NCBI GenBank assembly: GCA_030167865.1
Contig: JALAGF010001744.1
Span: 1-37,304 of the forward strand
Source of the DNA: Craspedostauros australis
Taxonomy: Eukaryota
DNA length: 37,304 bases
Reading direction: 5' to 3'
Shown here: piece by piece, positions 33,044 through 37,304 of the stretch
How the letters are laid out: every line of letters starts with the position of its first letter
How positions within the stretch are numbered: position 1 is the first letter of the stretch
Made by a program: the position numbers and the translations under genes
Notes under the pieces: model-generated
Seen by the model: the letters and a program-made list of their open reading frames with translations, nothing else
Told to the model about the DNA's origin: nothing
Database searches by the model: none

Positions 33044-33709
33044 TGCTACTGGTGCTGCTGTTGCTGTGTCTGCGGGTGCGACTCTCTCTGTCTGTCTTTG
33101 TCTCTCCAATTCTCAAACAATGATGCAGGCTTCTGGTTTTGATGCCAAACAAGGTGTCGTCAAAGAGATGTGGATGGTGTTGGTATCGATGCTTCTTTTG
33201 ATGTTGTTGCTGTTGTCGCTTTTGTCGCTGCGGTCGTGATGAGTTGCTTGTTGCACAAAGTGTACGATATAGTACCATACGATGTGATGCTCAATCTGTT
33301 CTGATGCTCAACTCATCTCAACCCAACTTGATTTGCTCTGTGCTTTGCCAACGCAAGGGTCATGCAATTCTGATGTCAACACCGATGTCCTCGTGCGGAT
33401 GCCGTTCGCCATGGTGTTGCGATTTGGTCGGCGTGGGACAGTGTTCTGTGTCATGTCTTGATTCTTGTCGGGATTCGCGAAAAACTCCATCAGCCCAATT
33501 TTTCGACTTGACAAATTTGTTCTTTGTGGCTGATTTGTGGCGGCGCCTGCTCTGTCACATACAGGTCCGTTGAAACGGCTGGTTGTTATGTAGGAAACAT
33601 CCTCTTGTCCTATGGAATGAGCGCCCGCCGAGTCATAGTTGGCGCACTGATCCACGAACAACTCCAAAGATCCGAGGTGATTCTTGGAACTTCGTCGACG
33701 CTGTCCTTG

Positions 33710-34213
33710 TCACCAATTGCGTTGATTTGCTTTGGTTGTTATGGTTGGTTGGCCATTGTTCGTTGTGTGTTGTTTCCGTGTCTCACTCGTTTCCTTTGTG
33801 TCTCTTTTCGTGAGTGTCTGGGAGTGTGATCCCAATTGTGATTGTTTTGCACGTGCAGCGTTGAGTATCGCATCTGCGTCGTTTCTGTCAGTGATGTGAT
33901 GAAGGGATGGTGCGTTGCAGCGGTATGACAGGTTGCACTTCAATGCAAGAGAAGAGATGTTGTCCGTGAGTACGTCTCCGACGAAGTCTCCCTTGTCGCC
34001 AACTTCCCACGGATACTCCTCCATCTCCTCATCGGTTTCGCTTTTCCACAAACCATCTCCGACAGTTCCCACCCAAACACATGACGTGAGAGATTTGGGT
34101 GGTTGGAGGCGGCAACGCTGATTCATGGTTCGATGTGCTTCCGACAGGTGGAAGCCGTAAGAGTTGCATGCAGCCAACAACAACAACGACAATCGCAACG
34201 ATACCAACGGCAA
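33710..34213 (-). pseudogene. Possible gene remnant with a signal-peptide-like N-terminus but no in-frame ATG before it
   Basis: LVSLRLSLLLLAACNSYG|F followed by a transit-like segment and an acidic segment; in-frame TGA just upstream. Confidence 0.25.
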
Positions 34214-34498
34214 AGATTCACATCACATCAAATCACTTGACACACAACATCAAACGAATGCACACAAAAACCAAACCAAACCAAACACTCTGATTGTCAA
34301 CATCGAACAATACTTAATCAGCCACATAAAAAAGACAAACTGCGATCCACAACTGTTGTTCCACCATACGCACATTTAGTTGAACCCATCATTGGTACCT
34401 ACCACTGTACTAACAGGTCGTACAGTACATAACAGATCATCCCCAACCCCATCCACATCCAACACAAGCACAAACACAAACACAAACACGAATCCACC

Positions 34499-35122
34499 AT
34501 GGGATGCAACGCAAGCAAGCAACTCGGCGCCGAAGTCGCACCAGACATCTCCAATGACCAGGGCATCACGAAACAGCCCATGGCACCCGTGTCGTCGCCC
34601 ACCGTCCCGCCACCAGGTTGGACCGCGTCGCGAACGGGACCCTCATCACCGACCGAGACGACGGTGGGCACGGTCGCATCGCCGTACTCTGCCGCATCGT
34701 CGCCGCAGATGAACGCTGACACTCAGCATGACTTTGCCAAGGTCGTGGACCGATACGTCTTCGAGCAGCCGGGCAAGGAGAGCAGCAGCAAGAAGAACAA
34801 GAAGTTCGGGCGCAGCAAGAAGCAACAGCAGCAAACGACGACACCGCACGAGGCCAGCGTCGAGTTCTCGATGCCTGAGATCGCCATCATCCACAATCCG
34901 TACAACATTCCGCAGAACGAAGCACCTGCCCAAGACACTCCGCCATCATCGACGCAGTACCACAGCAGTGCATCGCCAGGTCACGTCAACATGTACGCAG
35001 CTCCACAACAACAACAGCAGCAGCAGATGTACAACAACTACAATCAGCACAACGGCATGCAGAACACTGCGTATCCAGCCGCAGCAGGTGGCCACCTCCA
35101 ACCACAGCAGCTCCAGTACTGA
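34499..35122 (+). CDS. Hypothetical 207-aa protein with an N-terminal myristoylation/palmitoylation motif
   Basis: Starts MGCNASK; has a polybasic SKKNKKFGRSKK patch and a Q/Y/P-rich tail; coding-like codon use. Confidence 0.75.
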   Translation: MGCNASKQLGAEVAPDISNDQGITKQPMAPVSSPTVPPPGWTASRTGPSSPTETTVGTVASPYSAASSPQMNADTQHDFAKVVDRYVFEQPGKESSSKKNKKFGRSKKQQQQTTTPHEASVEFSMPEIAIIHNPYNIPQNEAPAQDTPPSSTQYHSSASPGHVNMYAAPQQQQQQQMYNNYNQHNGMQNTAYPAAAGGHLQPQQLQY

Positions 35123-35749
35123 TTGCAATAGTGCGTGCAACACGGGGAAGATGACGCCACCATGTCCAGTGATGAACATTTACAAACACGAAGAGAGAGA
35201 GAGGAAGTGAACCAGTCTTATCGTATCGTATCATACCACATCCTTGTACAAAGATAGAACTGTGGATCCGCAAAGCGAACACAAAACACAACATCCCATG
35301 ACACACAACGTACATAACAACATTCATGTCAGATTACTGTATTTCATAATATTACAGTACAAAGAACACCACCCGGGGGGCAGTTCAAAATGCAATAATT
35401 GGCTCTATTCCATAGCGTTTAATTCATAAATCGCTTGTTTCCGCCTAGTTCTTATCCTCGACGGAATAATATGGAATTTTTGTTATTTTTTGGATAATTG
35501 GTGCTTTCCCCCCAAAATTCGCCCGAGTTGCTTTCGCTCTTCGTCATTGCTCCATTTCCCCACTTTACACTGTGTCGGTGTTTGCTGCGCGTGTTTTCGT
35601 CTCCGGTCGGCGCAAAACAAGGCTGCTGTCTTGGGCCAGCACAGAGCACACAAAACTCACAACCCCAAACTCTCCACAGAGATCGTTGCTCCACAGAGCA
35701 CTTCGTTCCTGTTACAATCACAACCACAACCACAACAACAACAGGTACA

Positions 35750-36650
35750 CCAACATCACCACTGCAACAGTGTTTCGTCCATGGGTGGCTCCTGTATGCG
35801 ATGCAACTGGAATTCGTCCGTTCCAACAGTTCTTCCTGCACCAGCAATGATGTCCGGTGAATTAGTTGCTTGGTTGCCACTGTGCCACATCAACAATGGA
35901 ATGCTTGGCTGTAGTTCGTTGTATGCCTCAATTTGTGTTCGATACACATTGTGTTCGCCCATCATGCAGATCGGACATGTGGGCTTCCTGTGGGTGACTG
36001 CATTCCCTCCATGCACATGACTGTCCATTTGCTTGCACTCCTTGTCCTGGTTTCCAGATAACGAGGACCGCCATGGTAGGATCACAACCGAGGTGATTCT
36101 GTCCGCACCGTCTCTCTGGATTTTGGTGTCCTTCTTTTGTTGTTGTCAGGTGTGTTGGTACAGCCATTCGTTCCTTTGTTGACATGTCCATGACTATCCT
36201 TTGTTGTTGGGAATGAGGTTCATGTGCATGCTCGTATTGTCGGTTCTGTTGACATCATCAACATACAGTGGGGCATTCTAGTGTCGACCTTCTAGGCAAC
36301 GCAAAACACCCCCAGGCTGGTGGGGATGCCATGCTCCTTTTCGTACATCCGCATTATCTACATGCCACCCTCAAGCAAGGTGCATTGCAGTGAACAGCTA
36401 AACATGCATTGTGTTGTGGAACCATGACAGTGTTGTGTTGGCCATTCGTGCTACATGCTTGTTGTAGTCTTTTCTTTGGAGGTGCCTGTGTTGTTTTCCG
36501 TTTTCCTTCTCACAGCATGGGTGCTCGCACATGCATGCACGCTCTTCCGCAATTCACTGACAGCCACAACAAACTCCATTGCGGGTAGCACCAACGCAAA
36601 TGACAAACAACGACGCAGCTACTTGTGCAACACCAGATGAACGATACGAG
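35750..36650 (-). mobile_element. Possible degraded transposon (MULE-like) remnant
   Basis: Broken frames with a zinc-knuckle-like RKPTCPICMMGEHN and a frameshifted SWIM-like CR*CG/YEKEHGIP. CG looks sparse and CA/TG abundant compared with the genes. Confidence 0.3.
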
Positions 36651-36695
36651 ATTGAGGTAGGGACTATGTGAAAATTCTATTATGCACCAGACGGC

Positions 36696-37304
36696 TTACT
36701 CCCGTCCAGAGCTGCTGTCATCACTGCTTGCACTGCCACTCGTTCTGCTGTCACTCGTCGGGCTGCTGCTGATGCTCCCACTTGTTGTGCTGCCACTCAT
36801 GCCCTCGCTTGTTGTGCTGTCGTTCATACCCTCGCTCGTTGTGCTTTTGCTCTTGTCACTTCTGGCTTCTTCCTCCACCATTTCCTCCATATCCACCTCC
36901 CGTGAGGTGTCTGCTCCTGAGGGGGGCACCAGTGATGCCACCCAATTCTCCATTTCCCTGATATCCGCCATGGTCTCCTGCAGGTCAAACAAAGGATTTT
37001 CATGCTGCAGTTCGAATTGTGTGATAGCTGCGATGGCATACATTGCCAGTTGGTGTTTGCAAAGTTGGTGCCGCCACTCCACCCGCAAGCACTTCCAGTT
37101 TTTGAAGCGTTTGTGAACTGTTTCGTGCCTTGCACGTATCACTCCATTGTATCTGGTCCTCTCAATGCAACACGAAGGCTCACCCCTGTAGCCTTGATCC
37201 GCAATCACCTGCTCCCCTTTGTCCAGTTCCTGCCTCAGCTTGCGTCGAAAAATGGTTACATCATTCCACTCCCCACATGGAAATGGACCCTCAACCCAAA
37301 CAAG
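36696..37304 (-). mobile_element. PIF/Harbinger-superfamily (ISL2EU-like) DDE_Tnp_4 transposase, 3' part, running off the window edge
   Basis: Frame open from 37304: LVWVEGPFPCGEWNDVTIFRRKL...VIADQGYRGE...RARHETVHKRFKNWKCLRVEWRH...AIAAITQ. Includes the second D (ADxGY) and the E of the triad. Confidence 0.88.
36754..36846 (-). repeat. Degenerate 27-bp (9-aa) tandem repeat in the transposase C-terminal tail
   Basis: STTSEGMND / STTSEGMSG / STTSGSISS. Confidence 0.8.

Noticed and set aside
7472-37304. Idea that the Myb-like gene and the DDE transposase belong to one giant Harbinger element
   Set aside because: They are separated by 28 kb of ordinary host genes, a candidate TIR lies directly after the transposase, and no shared termini are visible.

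Overview
This is eukaryotic nuclear DNA, most likely from a pennate diatom. The evidence is compact, mostly intronless genes with poly-Q/S/T tracts, GT-AG introns of about 290 bp, AF(AP)-type bipartite plastid-targeting leaders and a DUF6824-type gene. About 15 host genes are supportable: a DCC-family thiol-disulfide oxidoreductase, a protein with a C-terminal NTF2-like domain, a Harbinger-type Myb/SANT-like coiled-coil protein, a spliced PH-domain gene, two SHAQKYF-class 1R-Myb factors, two tandem GT47/exostosin glycosyltransferases, an MLO-like membrane protein, a 2OG-Fe(II) dioxygenase, a 6-TM membrane protein, a spliced DUF6824 gene, a TPR protein, an N-acylated orphan and one low-complexity orphan. 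The right edge holds the 3' part of a PIF/Harbinger (ISL2EU-like) DDE transposase next to probable degraded transposon sequence. The strongest novelty candidate is the MLO-like protein (16618-18423). It carries two canonical EF-hands in its large loop and an HAFAP plastid-type leader, which suggests a Ca2+-sensing, plastid-localised channel. All family calls come from motif recognition by eye; no database searches were run. No rRNA, tRNA or CRISPR features were recognised.
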